From the NCBI GenBank assembly GCA_051546255.1, contig CP128816.1, positions 186,001-250,000 on the forward strand: a stretch of 64,000 nucleotides of DNA, in the 5' to 3' direction. Each line of letters starts with the position of its first letter. Positions within the stretch are counted from its first letter, which is position 1. Shown piece after piece: positions 21,598-33,098 of this stretch. The notes under the pieces are model-generated. The model was not told the origin of the DNA and made no database searches. It saw only the letters and a program-made list of their open reading frames with translations. Origin of the DNA: Meyerozyma guilliermondii. Taxonomy: Eukaryota. The translations under genes were made by a program, and so were the position numbers.

Positions 21598-23781
21598 ATG
21601 GATAACACAGGTAACACTGAACGAATACCTACACTTCCTTATTCATTTACCATCCTTCATTCATCGAATTCAAAACTTCAGATCTCTCGCCATGTCACAA
21701 TATCTCACGTATTCTCCAATATAAGACTCGAACGCGTTCCTTCCGATTGGTTCAGGAGCCCCATATTGTTCACAATCAGCCCAGATTCAAGTTTGGAACT
21801 TGGAGAGTGGTCAGGAAAGTACTGGCTTGTTAAAACAAGAGCAGACCCTAATGATCGGGATTACGAAAGAGGTTTAGTTTACCACATTCTGGCTAATCTC
21901 TTGGGTATGATTTACCTTGAAAGAACCGTAAACTATAGCAGAATCTTCTGTGAGAATAAATCTTTGCCAGTCCTGGCTGGTACCGTCGAAGAATGTATTC
22001 AAAAATGGAGTATTGATGTTCCCAAGAAAGATTCAATTCAGCAATCGTTTTCCATGGCACCTCCAATAATATCCCCAATGTCCGAACCCCATGATACCGC
22101 ACAATTGGAAACCGATCCTCTCGGGTTTATCTACATGAAATACTATAGTGCTCTATATTCCTTGAATACTCCGCTAAGTTACTTTCCCAAGATGGCATTA
22201 TCACGGTTCAAAGTCCTTTGCGCAAAGAATAACGATACAGCAAGAGAGTACCTTTTGAAGCTCATTTTATCCAACGAAGCGTTCCATCAAAGGCATGGTG
22301 GACCCCATGGACTAATAAGAAATGTGGCTTTTTCGTCGAATTCTGTAATAGAGGAGACTTACAAAGATAAATTATGGGATCTGCAACCGGAAATAAGTCA
22401 GTTCAAAAATAATGATGAAGAGCTGAATGCTGCGGATTCTGATTTGGATCAAATCAGAGCCATCGCCTCGGCGCTTAAAGTACGAGAGGCTCACCTACAA
22501 ATACTTTTGATCTTTGAGATTCTAGATTACGGAAGTGTTCACGAAGAATCACTTTTAGCACTGAACAAAGAACAGCAAGAACTCATTCTCAGACCTCAGC
22601 AAATAATCAAGAAATCGCTAGTCCGAAAACGCAAAACAAAAAAGAAAGTGGTGCCCACATTTCTTGGAATGGGCGTAACGCTTGATGAGGAAATTAAGGC
22701 AACACCAACAAGTCCCAGTACAAATACTGTTAATGAGAAAAATCTTATTGCGATACTCGACACGTTAATAGAGAATCTCACCTTATGGGATACCCTTGAG
22801 GAATCTACGAAAGGGAAGAAAAAGGAATCTTCCTTAGGATTCTTTGCCTATGTTCTAGTGCCCTACTTCAACAAGAGACTTCCAGAAATCACAAAATATG
22901 TCATTGAAAAGATCAAGCCTCATGAAAAATCACGAGGGCGTCTGAGACTGGTCTCTTCTGAGCCTGCAAAAGGGCAGGTACCGTCGGGTCAGGAGTCGCT
23001 GAGATCAAATCGTAGCACACGGTTCCAAAAAGTGCATCTTGATCCTCAAAAGAACCCAAATCTTAAACGCTCCAACATTTCTCTTGCTAGTAGCGAAGAC
23101 CTCCTACCTGCCATGTCTTTGAAAAGATCAAAGTCGAACTTGTCTTCCAAAAATTTGCAACGGCGACAAGTTGACATGTCTTTTCCCAAACCTGAGGGCG
23201 GCAAGGAGAAAAGAAAGAAACTCAACAGGCTGCAAAGTTTGTACGATCCACCAACTTCAACAGAGTCCATTTTTGGAAATGCTAAAAAGGCGACCAGATC
23301 GTTTGCTGCTGATCTAGGAACTATCATTTCTACTCCTGTAAAAGAGAAAGTATCCCAAATCTCTGAGACTCCCAGCACATCCCATCATGTTTCCAATGGC
23401 CATGAAGTGGTAGTAACACCAGAGGAGAGGTTTGTTTTGCCAACAGTAACGAGTGTTAAATCATCTGGAATGAGAAACTTGTCAGATAAATTGTACGCGG
23501 CAGCAAATATCGCAGAACCCAATGACATTCACAGCACATATACATCGCCAGTGAATTCGCAACAGGCTATCGTAAGCTCAGTGGAAAGAAACCATATAGA
23601 GGAAACACCAAAGGATGGTTTGATCATATCGTCACCGCAGAAACTGTCTACCAAGCGCAAGCCTGGCGAGCCGGTATCGATCCAAGAGTCTCCATTTTTC
23701 CATACGAGCCTCAATGGGTCACCGACGTCTAGTAACCAACGCACTGGAGTCTTTGGCAAGATTGCTAGAAGAAAACGTTAG
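21598..23781 (+). CDS. SLD3: DNA replication initiation factor Sld3
   Basis: YYSALY..TPLSYFPKMALSR, LKVREAHLQILLIFEIL, FFAYVLVPYF..RLP Cdc45-binding-domain pattern; C-terminal S/TP CDK sites. Confidence 0.8.
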   Translation: MDNTGNTERIPTLPYSFTILHSSNSKLQISRHVTISHVFSNIRLERVPSDWFRSPILFTISPDSSLELGEWSGKYWLVKTRADPNDRDYERGLVYHILANLLGMIYLERTVNYSRIFCENKSLPVLAGTVEECIQKWSIDVPKKDSIQQSFSMAPPIISPMSEPHDTAQLETDPLGFIYMKYYSALYSLNTPLSYFPKMALSRFKVLCAKNNDTAREYLLKLILSNEAFHQRHGGPHGLIRNVAFSSNSVIEETYKDKLWDLQPEISQFKNNDEELNAADSDLDQIRAIASALKVREAHLQILLIFEILDYGSVHEESLLALNKEQQELILRPQQIIKKSLVRKRKTKKKVVPTFLGMGVTLDEEIKATPTSPSTNTVNEKNLIAILDTLIENLTLWDTLEESTKGKKKESSLGFFAYVLVPYFNKRLPEITKYVIEKIKPHEKSRGRLRLVSSEPAKGQVPSGQESLRSNRSTRFQKVHLDPQKNPNLKRSNISLASSEDLLPAMSLKRSKSNLSSKNLQRRQVDMSFPKPEGGKEKRKKLNRLQSLYDPPTSTESIFGNAKKATRSFAADLGTIISTPVKEKVSQISETPSTSHHVSNGHEVVVTPEERFVLPTVTSVKSSGMRNLSDKLYAAANIAEPNDIHSTYTSPVNSQQAIVSSVERNHIEETPKDGLIISSPQKLSTKRKPGEPVSIQESPFFHTSLNGSPTSSNQRTGVFGKIARRKR

Positions 23782-23819
23782 CATTGTATCAATACTTGAA
23801 TTTTATTATAATACACTCA

Positions 23820-25289
23820 TCACTGCTTATTTTCAGCCTCTCCGAAAAAGAGACCTTGTATTATCTCGGAGGAATCTTCCTGCTTCAATACCTGCTCAGC
23901 TAAAGCTTCACCCAAACGTTCAGAAAGCTTCTCTTTTGCGCCATCTCCAACTTCTTCTTCCATAGAATCTTCCGATACCTTCAAGGTACGCAACGCATCG
24001 ATCGCAGACGTCGTCAAAACTTCTTTTTCGTATTCTGGTTTGGTCGAATCTACCACTACCAGGTTATACCACACTTTTAGGTTTCCGACCAACACAAACT
24101 TGATAACTTCGCTTCCCATATTCTTGAGTCCTAACAAAGCACCATATTGTGTCCCAGTGGGTTTCGAAGGGTCTAACAAAGCTCTTAACAAAGTTCGGGT
24201 GACCCTAGGTCGAAGAGTCGAATAGGACGAGCCGTAGACCTTCACAATGTGTTCTAGTAATATGGCAGCAAATTCTCGAACAGCCAACTGGTTTTTCAAC
24301 GCTGCCTTTTCCTCTTCTTCTGTTTGTTCTTTGGGAGCAGAGGAAATCTTTTTCGCCAAAAGCAATGTCAAAATACATGGCATCAACGCATGGACATAGG
24401 GTTCCAAGAAGATCGTAGAGTTTTCGGCAAGGGCAGATATAACCTCCAACATTGTGAAAAGAATATCTATGTTTCTTAATTGGTTTGTGATCTGTTCGGC
24501 CACGAATTGGATGAAGTAAGGCACCAACTGGTGCAATCCTGGATCGCTCTTCAACGATGTCAACGCAGCATCCTTAAGCTCTTGTTTTTCGGGATCAGAC
24601 GAAACCAACACCTCCAGCACTTTGTCAAAGTATAATTTGAGCTCTTTGGACAAGACGTGCTTGACCAACGGCTTGATCTCAGTGTTTTTCTCGGTTTTTT
24701 GTGCTTTTGTGCTACCATTGGCCGCTTCTGCGTCCTTGGCACCATCTCCATTGGCATACAGCAAGATATCGTTGCCCAATATAGAAGTAGTAGCACCACG
24801 CAATACTGGAGGGAGGTTTTTGATTTCGGATGGGAGTGGATTTTGAGGAATCATGGGTTGAACACCCTCTATAGCAAGCCAGTGGGCTGTGAAGGTTGCT
24901 TGGCGAGGCACTTTGGGGAGTTCCTGGTTTATAAGCTTTTCAAACTCGATTTCATTGTCGTCGATATAGTACAAGGTTTGACCCAGGGCACCGACCATGG
25001 TCTCTTTGAAGTTCAAGGGTTGCGAGTTATCATAGCCATAGAGTGGTTCAATGTTGAAGACCTTTAATGCGTGACTTATGTCCTCGGTGGTCAATGTTTT
25101 TCGTTTAGAATGTCTCATAAACTTGATAGCGGTTTCTAGAATTTCATGGATTCTGTACTCTACGTCCATGGCAAGGTTCTTGGCTGCCTCTTCTGGCAAG
25201 TTTATCCCTAGTGACTCGGCGACATCGCCCACAGTGTCATGGGGCGACCAAAGGGTGTGGGAAAGCGAGATTCCCGAGTTGTTTTCCAT
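23820..25289 (-). CDS. TAF6: TFIID/SAGA subunit Taf6
   Basis: LAMDVEYRIHEI histone fold, HWLAIEGVQP, KHVLSKEL, DPGLHQLVPYF. Confidence 0.96.
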   Translation of the reverse strand: MENNSGISLSHTLWSPHDTVGDVAESLGINLPEEAAKNLAMDVEYRIHEILETAIKFMRHSKRKTLTTEDISHALKVFNIEPLYGYDNSQPLNFKETMVGALGQTLYYIDDNEIEFEKLINQELPKVPRQATFTAHWLAIEGVQPMIPQNPLPSEIKNLPPVLRGATTSILGNDILLYANGDGAKDAEAANGSTKAQKTEKNTEIKPLVKHVLSKELKLYFDKVLEVLVSSDPEKQELKDAALTSLKSDPGLHQLVPYFIQFVAEQITNQLRNIDILFTMLEVISALAENSTIFLEPYVHALMPCILTLLLAKKISSAPKEQTEEEEKAALKNQLAVREFAAILLEHIVKVYGSSYSTLRPRVTRTLLRALLDPSKPTGTQYGALLGLKNMGSEVIKFVLVGNLKVWYNLVVVDSTKPEYEKEVLTTSAIDALRTLKVSEDSMEEEVGDGAKEKLSERLGEALAEQVLKQEDSSEIIQGLFFGEAENKQ

Positions 25290-25575
25290 GGTTGTGCAAC
25301 TAGAGTTGAGCTGAAAATCGGTGCGAAGTACACTGTGCCTACAGGCAGGACTGGGAACAGGGTAGTAGATGGTAAAGAAGAAGAACAGGGCACAAAAATT
25401 GCTTTTAATTGCTCTTGAATGCTCTTGGTGCTACTTACGGTCTATTTTGACTATACATATTTGTATGGAATGGATCTGACCGTGGTGAACAATTATGTTC
25501 GTACGGTCTTGCAACCAAAGAGGTCTCGCAGCCAAGCTAGAAAACCATGCTAGCTATGCTAAGTTATCCCTATGT

Positions 25576-26286
25576 CTACCTTTCCCCTATTTCTTCTCTC
25601 TCTCCACCAACGAGAGCATGGTTGAGGTCCAATAACTTTTTCACTTCCCTAGTGAGCTTATCGACCTTTCGGTCTCGCAGTGCTATTTGGTCAATGAGTG
25701 ATTCAATGAGTTTTTCCTTCAGGGATTCCCTTGCCTTTTCTAATAGGGAGCCAGCCTTGTTCTTGGGTTCTTCATCTTGCTCATCATCTTCTGAGGTTTG
25801 AGTATCTTTAAAGTCATTTTCTAAGTGCTGTTCCCAAGACTCTCGAAGCTTGTTCTTTGAAATTTCGGTGATGATTTCCACATCATGGTTCTGGAGCGAT
25901 TTGAGCTCATGGATAATACGCTCTTTGCGCCCTCGGGGAACATAGATCGCTATATCTGCTCCCTGGCTGGACCCGGCAGGCCGTGGGTGGAAACTAGGAA
26001 CATATTGCTTCATCTCATACTCGTATATTTCCTTCACTCGAGGCCCATTGATGGTAGAAATTTCGTCCAAACTTTGCCTGGGCCCAGTATCATGTCGCTC
26101 CCCTATTCGTTTGAGAGCCAAAGTCTCGTTGAGTTTGATGGCGATGAGCTCCCAGTAATCATTTTGCTGTTTCTGGGGTCGGAGATGAGGCAAGTATCTA
26201 AGAGTTAGCTCAAGTAACTCCTCTCCTAGCTCTTCACGGATCTGATCCTGTTGCTGCTTATAGAACGATTTACTAAAATACCCCAT
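25576..26286 (-). CDS. Hypothetical protein, 236 aa, C-terminal coiled coil
   Basis: ATG-initiated ORF filling the intergenic gap; no family confidently recognised. Confidence 0.65.
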   Translation of the reverse strand: MGYFSKSFYKQQQDQIREELGEELLELTLRYLPHLRPQKQQNDYWELIAIKLNETLALKRIGERHDTGPRQSLDEISTINGPRVKEIYEYEMKQYVPSFHPRPAGSSQGADIAIYVPRGRKERIIHELKSLQNHDVEIITEISKNKLRESWEQHLENDFKDTQTSEDDEQDEEPKNKAGSLLEKARESLKEKLIESLIDQIALRDRKVDKLTREVKKLLDLNHALVGGEREEIGER

Positions 26287-26518
26287 TTAGCAGACTAATT
26301 GCCTCCCTGCTATGATTGTATTTATATGCGTGCAACTTTATTCGCAGCCTTGATGCGCCTCCATGCGGTGTCATCTGCAGAAGAATGACTCGGTGCATTT
26401 TGACGCCTGTTACCCTGCACGCTTGCTGCAGAAGTGGTTGCGAAAGATACATGCTCTATGAAAGTATAGATTCATTTAAAGTTTATTTGTTTGTTACATG
26501 CTGTGTTTACTCCCTACT

Positions 26519-26803
26519 CTATAATCCCTTATCGGCACGAGACATTTTGGACAACTTTTTCAATTTATCGTTGCCTTCACTAAGCTTGCGTTGCAGCCTC
26601 TCATATCTTTCTTCTGCTGCCTTTGCCAGAGCCAACCTGGCCTCATTTTCCGACTGCAGTGTGCCCCCAAGAACATGTCCCTGCGATTTGTTTTGCTTGG
26701 TTTGGGCTAATCTCAGAGTTCCCGTTACCTCTTTCTCCAGTACTTTATGCAGCTTTGGTTGCACCTTGACATCACTTGCATCTTTCGATATGCAACTCCC
26801 CAT
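26519..26803 (-). CDS. Small N-myristoylated protein with a VCP/Cdc48-interacting motif (SVIP-like)
   Basis: MGSCISK acylation signal; R-x5-AA-x2-R motif (RLA[S]AKAAEER). Confidence 0.7.
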   Translation of the reverse strand: MGSCISKDASDVKVQPKLHKVLEKEVTGTLRLAQTKQNKSQGHVLGGTLQSENEARLALAKAAEERYERLQRKLSEGNDKLKKLSKMSRADKGL

Positions 26804-26929
26804 GCCGAATTGCGTCTTTCAGGCGCCCTCAATTATGGCTGCATTCCTACGACCATTACGCACATAAATATCGGTACCGCCGCTGACATAAGCATATTTT
26901 TCGTTAGTCGTGTCTATCTATGTACATGG

Positions 26930-28828
26930 TTAACCACTAAATCTCATGTTTTGCACCTCCTTCACGTAGTTAATGTTCTTTCGTAAGTGACGGAACTGAG
27001 GAACTTGTATCTCAATGTCACAATCAAATGTTTGTGGCTCTGGCAGGGCAACTCTGGCAATATCTGCAGCAACATCTTTTCTTTTGATCCAGTATCTCAC
27101 AAACCGAATGCATGAACGGTGGTCCTGGATGTAATCCTTGTACTTATCCAATACAGACAAGTAGAACTCTTTACGAGCATCCTTGAAGTGTGATAAAATA
27201 GTCGCATCTCGCAAGGCCGCCCAGTCGGCGACTGGGATATATGTGAACTTGTTCTCATCAAGATGTTTAAGCGAAGCATTCCACTTTTGTAAAATTTCCT
27301 CGTTGGAATAGCTTTCTAACAGGCCAGTTTTCTTTAAGCAAACTCTGTAAGAAACGGGGGTCCTCTTGACATTGTAGACATCGTAGTTTTCGATAATCTG
27401 CTCTAATACTTCCTTGCTATCCCATGAGTAGTTACCGATGATGGTATTGAGGAATACTTCATCAATAGGCTTGCTCTCTGCGTACATGGCAATGATTTCA
27501 CGAAGTTTACTAAACGATTCCTCGTTTAATTCGGGGTATTTTTTGAAAAAGATGGTGAACAATGCATTGTTCAAAATCGCATAACGAGAGTTCAACACTA
27601 GCTGTTGTTCAGTGTTGTAATGGGCGATACTTGCTCTCCAGAAGTAAAGGATGTTGTCCATTGGTTCATTTTGTTCGTAACAATTTTCAAGCAATGATTG
27701 AATATGAGGCACCTTAAGCTTCACTCGGTAGGGTAAATCGTAGTGGACAACCTTGTCAAAAAAGTGCTTAGAGATCTTGATATCCTTACAGGTACCAATA
27801 AAACTCAAATGCAAGTCACTGAGAGATGCCAATATTTTGTTTTTGTAGTGCAGCTGTTGAGCTTTTTCGTACAATTGCAATATCGATTCCAACGAATCCA
27901 ATCCGCGCGAGTAATCGCCTGCGGCAATGGCTATTTTTCCCATTGAAGTGAGAAGCTCATGTCCCACTTTATCGAGTTTTTCAGTGTTGAGCTCGTAAAT
28001 GTGGAGAATTTCCTCGTAGGTGAATCTATTCTGTTCAAATGTCACCGGTAAGATGACCGCCAAGATCTTTTCATCCAAGTACACCTGGCCGGTTTGCTGG
28101 TCATTGACACCATTTTCCCAAAGGTGGATCATTTCTGGATAGAGCTGGAACTGTTTCATCAGATAAAATAAAAACAGTAAAGTTGGAGCGTTTAAGATGG
28201 CCTTGAATTCACCATTGGTGATGAGTTCGCCCAAATGAAGCACGGCCTGCTTCAAAAGCACTTCATCGTGGAGGTTCTGGTTTTGATACTGGTCACTGTC
28301 TCTGTTTTTGGCGCCAGAAAGACGGTTGGTACGGTTGTTATATACTCCAGAATTGAGAACTTGAGCATACAGAAACAAGTCTCTGGAGACAAACGTATCT
28401 CTCAATGACTCGTCTTCCAAAGCACGCGAGAGGTTGTCCAAGGTAGAAGCAAAGGCTCTCTCGCTGTCGTGATCATGAATAGACCGGTAACGGTGGGCCA
28501 AGTCGATTTGTTCTTTGAAGTAATTGAGTTTATTTTTCGTTTCCGCGTCCAATGCTTCACGAACAAGTGGATCTTTGGCTGATTTGGATAAAAAGTTTTC
28601 AATTTTCGAGTCGACAGACGATGCCGGGCTTTCAGAAAGACCAGCAGCACTCAGGTTGGATCTAGTAAATTGAGAAGGAGAAACAATCGACAGTGAAGTC
28701 ATCGAAGATGGAGATTGTGGTACTCCAGAAGCATTTGGAAACCCCAAACCATGTTTGTTGTTCCTTACATGCTGCAAGAGCACCGGTCTCAAGCTAACTT
28801 GACCGCTAGAAGCTAGCAATCTAAACAT
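26930..28828 (-). CDS. RMD9: Mitochondrial PPR-like mRNA stability factor
   Basis: Mitochondrial presequence-like N-terminus; NRLSGAKNRDSDQY and DWAALRDAT segments resemble Rmd9. Confidence 0.75.
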   Translation of the reverse strand: MFRLLASSGQVSLRPVLLQHVRNNKHGLGFPNASGVPQSPSSMTSLSIVSPSQFTRSNLSAAGLSESPASSVDSKIENFLSKSAKDPLVREALDAETKNKLNYFKEQIDLAHRYRSIHDHDSERAFASTLDNLSRALEDESLRDTFVSRDLFLYAQVLNSGVYNNRTNRLSGAKNRDSDQYQNQNLHDEVLLKQAVLHLGELITNGEFKAILNAPTLLFLFYLMKQFQLYPEMIHLWENGVNDQQTGQVYLDEKILAVILPVTFEQNRFTYEEILHIYELNTEKLDKVGHELLTSMGKIAIAAGDYSRGLDSLESILQLYEKAQQLHYKNKILASLSDLHLSFIGTCKDIKISKHFFDKVVHYDLPYRVKLKVPHIQSLLENCYEQNEPMDNILYFWRASIAHYNTEQQLVLNSRYAILNNALFTIFFKKYPELNEESFSKLREIIAMYAESKPIDEVFLNTIIGNYSWDSKEVLEQIIENYDVYNVKRTPVSYRVCLKKTGLLESYSNEEILQKWNASLKHLDENKFTYIPVADWAALRDATILSHFKDARKEFYLSVLDKYKDYIQDHRSCIRFVRYWIKRKDVAADIARVALPEPQTFDCDIEIQVPQFRHLRKNINYVKEVQNMRFSG

Positions 28829-29140
28829 AGCAGTGGCGTAATTGTGGTACGGTTATATTGAGAATTCGGTCACCACGAAAATTTGTGCTCCATCTCAGCT
28901 GATGTCAGCAGCTTTGGCCAGGGTGCGATCTTGAAATTGGGAGCCGCGACAGATCAGATAAACCATCAGTGGAAGAGAGGACGGTCTAGGCGATAGTTAC
29001 CTGTATAAAGGGGCATATTTATCAGGCAAACAGACTGCGAGAAGTCTACTGAAACTTTTTCATATTTCTAAAGCTTCGCTTAACCGTCTTTATTCTTCGC
29101 TTACTTGATACTGGATATTGCTAACGACAATACCTCGGTA

Positions 29141-32100
29141 ATGGTTTACCCCAGTGAGACCCTGGCACTTCTAGGACAGGATTTTGGGAACAACAAAGAT
29201 GCTAGGAAAATGCGAGGGCGCAACAATGGCTTGAAAGACTCGAAAAAGTCAGGAAAATTGGGTACATTCGATGGTGTGTTTCTTCCTACCGCCCTTAATG
29301 TCCTTTCCATTTTGATGTTTTTAAGATTTGGGTTTATTGTGGGTCAAATGGGAATACTAGGGACATTTTTATTGCTTGTGATGTCTTATACCATCGATAT
29401 GTTTACCGTAATGTCGGTCAGTGCCATTTCTACGAACGGTACAGTCAAAGGCGGAGGTGCTTACTACATGATCTCACGATCTCTAGGACCCGAATTTGGT
29501 GGCTCCATTGGTATCATATTTTATATTGGTCAAATCTTGAATGCGTCGTTGAATGTGGTGGGTTTCATCGAACCGTTAACTGTCAATTTCGGTCGCATAT
29601 CCGGAGATATTGCCAATATATTACCAGTGGGTTATTGGTGGCAGTTGATGTACTCCACCATTTTGCTTTTCTTGTGCACTGCAATTGCATTGATCGGCTC
29701 AAGACTAGTGTCAAAGACTGCTCTCTTTCTCTTCATCATGCTCACTTTGAGTACATTATCTATTCCATTATCCACTGCATTTGTTAAGCCGTTTTATCCT
29801 CCCGGCTTCGATATCATGTACACGGGTCCCTCGTGGACCACTTTCAAGGAAAACTTACTACCAAAGTTCACCAGCGGGGCTGCAGGTTCAGTCCAACCTC
29901 CGGGTCAGCCAGAAACATTTCGTAATTTGTTTGGTATTTTCTTTCCAGCTACAGCAGGCATATTTGCCGGTGCTTCGATGTCGGGAGAACTCAGGAAACC
30001 CAGCAAGTCGATTCCTCGAGGAACTATTAACGGCCTTATCTTCACATTTATTTTTTACCTGTTGGTAATTACATCTTTAGGAGTTTCTATCCCTAGAGAT
30101 TTGTTGCATAAAGATATCAAGGTGATTCAGACTGTGAACATATATGGTCTCATTATCATCTTGGGTGAATTCTCGACGTCGCTTTTCTCTGTCATAATGG
30201 GTGTGGTTGGAGCTGCGAACATTCTTGGTGCTATAGCGAACGATCGGATCATCCCTGGCCTTTCTGTGTTTTCCACCATAAAAAAATCTTCGACACAGGC
30301 TACCAAAGCACGCATCATGTGTATATTGGTTACTTGGCTTATTGCTCAAGTTTTTCTTTTTGCCGATATCAATCAAATTGCTACATTTATCACGATGGCC
30401 TTTCTTATGACATTTATTGTCACCAATCTAGCCTGCTTTTTGTTGAAAATTGGCTCTGCTCCCAATTTCAGGCCCTCCTTCAAATACTTCAATTCCAAGA
30501 CTGCCTTTTTGGGTTGTGTATCGTCCATCATAGCAATGTTCATCGTGGACGGTATCTCTGCCACTCTTATTATTGCATTTTTGATGTTTTTGATTATGGC
30601 CATACACTATATGACACCGCCTCTGAAGTTTGGTGACATATCTCAGTTATTAATTTACCATCAAGTGCGCAAGTACTTGCTTCGCCTCAAGTTGCAAATG
30701 AGTACTAAGTACTGGCGACCTCAAATTCTTCTTCTTTGCGACGACCCTCGTTCGTGCTGGAATCTCATAGGTTTTTGCAACCATTTGAAGAAAGGTGGTT
30801 TGTATATTCTTGGTCATGTCGTCATCATCAACGACGGAAACAATGATGGAAGTACTTCAGAGTTTGGTGTCAATGCCTATCAGGAATTAAAATCACAGCG
30901 TAATGCATGGGTTAAGCTCCGTGATATATCCAACATTAAGGCTTTTGTGCAAATTGCAGCTGGTCCAACACTTCCATGGGGCGTCAGAAATGTCTTTTTG
31001 GGATCTGGATTGGGTGGTATGAGACCTAATATTACCGTGTTGGGCTTTTATGATTTTGTGAAACATGGTGTACAATTGCCTCTTTTGCCCTCGTTTAAGG
31101 ATAAGCAAAAACTTTTGTCTCTCCCTACGGACTCTTGCAGAAAGGAGCAAAAAGTGTCAATCAAACAATGGGTCCAGATAGTAGAAGACTTGATCGTGAT
31201 GCAGGCTACCGTCGCTGTAGCGGCCAATTTCAATATCTTAGATCTCCCCAAGCTGGACAAAAAGCATCATTCAATCTTCACAAAAGCCAAGGATCATTTT
31301 TCCAAGCATGAAAAGAAGTACATTGATTTGTATCCAATTCAGATGTCATCTATTGATTTTCTCGAAAATGGAAAGTCAATTCTTTCTACCAATTTTGATA
31401 CCTATACGCTTATATTGCAACTAGGAGCTATTCTAGTAACTGTTCCGGAATGGAAGTATACTTCGCATGTCCTTCGGGTCATTGTCTTTGTTGAACTCGA
31501 AGAGGAAATTGAGGATGAAAGAAAGAGGCTTGCGGCGTTGTTGGAGTCGTTGCGAATTGATGCTGATATCAAGGTTATACATCTTGGTGATGGGTCTCTT
31601 GACACTTACAATTACATGGTAAAGGGCTATACCAAGACAGCCACTAATAAGAAGGAATACTCACGCGTGGACCAGGTTTTGAAAAATGATCAATGGTGGG
31701 CCAATTTGTGCAATGCAAGAGAAACAATTCGAGAAATCGAAAAGCTGAAGCTGCGCCGACAAGCAAGAAATGCTTCAAGGGCCAAAGAAAGTGTGTTTTT
31801 CAATCCTTTGAATTTCGGTGGTGGAAATACTCCTGTGGATGAAAGACCCTTCAGCGGTGGAGTTCGCAACAGAAGGTATACTCTTTCGAACTTGCATGAT
31901 CAAGGTCTTTCGCTTTCGTTCAACATGAAGTCCCAGCATGGAGACCAATTCTTCAAATCCATGCCAGATGACAGCTCTAGCTCGAGTAGTGAGAGTGAGA
32001 AGGAAGAAGATAGCAGCGCCGAAAATAGCGACTACAGTTTTGCTCGTGATCTGGGACACAATACCACGGGAAATAACTATCTACGTCCAGAATTAAAGTC

Positions 32101-32980
32101 GAGAGCGAGTAAGCTCAAACAGAGTGAAGGATTGGGAAGCGGTAGCGGCCATAGGTCTAGCGACCAACTCTCCATACGGTCTTCGAGATCAAATCTCAGG
32201 CCCAATTTCTTGTCATACAAGATACCAGAAGCTCAGATCCAGGACAATGATGATAGTGGTGGTGAGGATGACAACAAGCCGTCCATAGGCTTTGTTGAAG
32301 ACTCGGAAGGCTCTGATAAAGATGACGATAACACCGAACGAGCTGAAGATACGAAGCATGAAGAGCTGACAGTGGAGAAAGTGAACAGAGTTGCGAGCAA
32401 CAAGGACTATTTCAGCATCAAACCAGTGGGCTCGGAGCTAACCAAAAAGAAATCTGATTTGGGTGGCATGAAATCACCTTCGATACTCACGAACAAGGAA
32501 GACATTATGCACAAGATTCAGACTCCCCAATTTTTGGAAGCCGAAGACGATGAAGAGGCTAATGATAGCGGTGATTCCAATGTAGACCCCAAAGACCCCA
32601 GATCCAAAAGCAGATCTGTTCCATCATCGGCGTCTACTTCTCGCTCTGACGCTTATAAAGGTCTTCCTCAAATGACATCGGCTCAGGCTACTGATGCTGG
32701 ACTTACCCGAAAGCAATTGCAAGAAGAACTCAAGAACATCTCCTTCAACGACCTTCCGGCAAAGGGCCAGCATCTTGTGCTCAATGAAATCATGAGACGC
32801 AATTCACCAAAAGATTCCACTGATATCATATTTTCCACATTGCCGGCACCTACTCTAGGAGCACATCTCGATGAGGAAGATGCGTTCGAATACACCAATA
32901 ATTTAGCAGTGTGGCTCGACGGTCTCAGTCCGATTTTCCTCCTCAATTCGCAATCAGTGACGGTAACGACAGCCTTATAA
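29141..32980 (+). CDS. VHC1: Vacuolar cation-chloride cotransporter (SLC12 family)
   Basis: [52 protein letters not shown], terminal VTTAL; first ATG at 29141. Confidence 0.92.
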   Translation: MVYPSETLALLGQDFGNNKDARKMRGRNNGLKDSKKSGKLGTFDGVFLPTALNVLSILMFLRFGFIVGQMGILGTFLLLVMSYTIDMFTVMSVSAISTNGTVKGGGAYYMISRSLGPEFGGSIGIIFYIGQILNASLNVVGFIEPLTVNFGRISGDIANILPVGYWWQLMYSTILLFLCTAIALIGSRLVSKTALFLFIMLTLSTLSIPLSTAFVKPFYPPGFDIMYTGPSWTTFKENLLPKFTSGAAGSVQPPGQPETFRNLFGIFFPATAGIFAGASMSGELRKPSKSIPRGTINGLIFTFIFYLLVITSLGVSIPRDLLHKDIKVIQTVNIYGLIIILGEFSTSLFSVIMGVVGAANILGAIANDRIIPGLSVFSTIKKSSTQATKARIMCILVTWLIAQVFLFADINQIATFITMAFLMTFIVTNLACFLLKIGSAPNFRPSFKYFNSKTAFLGCVSSIIAMFIVDGISATLIIAFLMFLIMAIHYMTPPLKFGDISQLLIYHQVRKYLLRLKLQMSTKYWRPQILLLCDDPRSCWNLIGFCNHLKKGGLYILGHVVIINDGNNDGSTSEFGVNAYQELKSQRNAWVKLRDISNIKAFVQIAAGPTLPWGVRNVFLGSGLGGMRPNITVLGFYDFVKHGVQLPLLPSFKDKQKLLSLPTDSCRKEQKVSIKQWVQIVEDLIVMQATVAVAANFNILDLPKLDKKHHSIFTKAKDHFSKHEKKYIDLYPIQMSSIDFLENGKSILSTNFDTYTLILQLGAILVTVPEWKYTSHVLRVIVFVELEEEIEDERKRLAALLESLRIDADIKVIHLGDGSLDTYNYMVKGYTKTATNKKEYSRVDQVLKNDQWWANLCNARETIREIEKLKLRRQARNASRAKESVFFNPLNFGGGNTPVDERPFSGGVRNRRYTLSNLHDQGLSLSFNMKSQHGDQFFKSMPDDSSSSSSESEKEEDSSAENSDYSFARDLGHNTTGNNYLRPELKSRASKLKQSEGLGSGSGHRSSDQLSIRSSRSNLRPNFLSYKIPEAQIQDNDDSGGEDDNKPSIGFVEDSEGSDKDDDNTERAEDTKHEELTVEKVNRVASNKDYFSIKPVGSELTKKKSDLGGMKSPSILTNKEDIMHKIQTPQFLEAEDDEEANDSGDSNVDPKDPRSKSRSVPSSASTSRSDAYKGLPQMTSAQATDAGLTRKQLQEELKNISFNDLPAKGQHLVLNEIMRRNSPKDSTDIIFSTLPAPTLGAHLDEEDAFEYTNNLAVWLDGLSPIFLLNSQSVTVTTAL

Positions 32981-33098
32981 GAGTATACCATTCATTGGGC
33001 CTCCTGTTGGCGTCCTGCACCCACTTCGCGATATGAGTTTCTCTACGCAGCGATGGCAGTGATTTCATTCCGAGCAACTAGTGGGTATCTATGATTAA

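Noticed and set aside
29119..29125. TGCTAAC branch-like motif before the VHC1 ATG
   Set aside because: No convincing upstream donor; the ORF is complete from ATG 29141.
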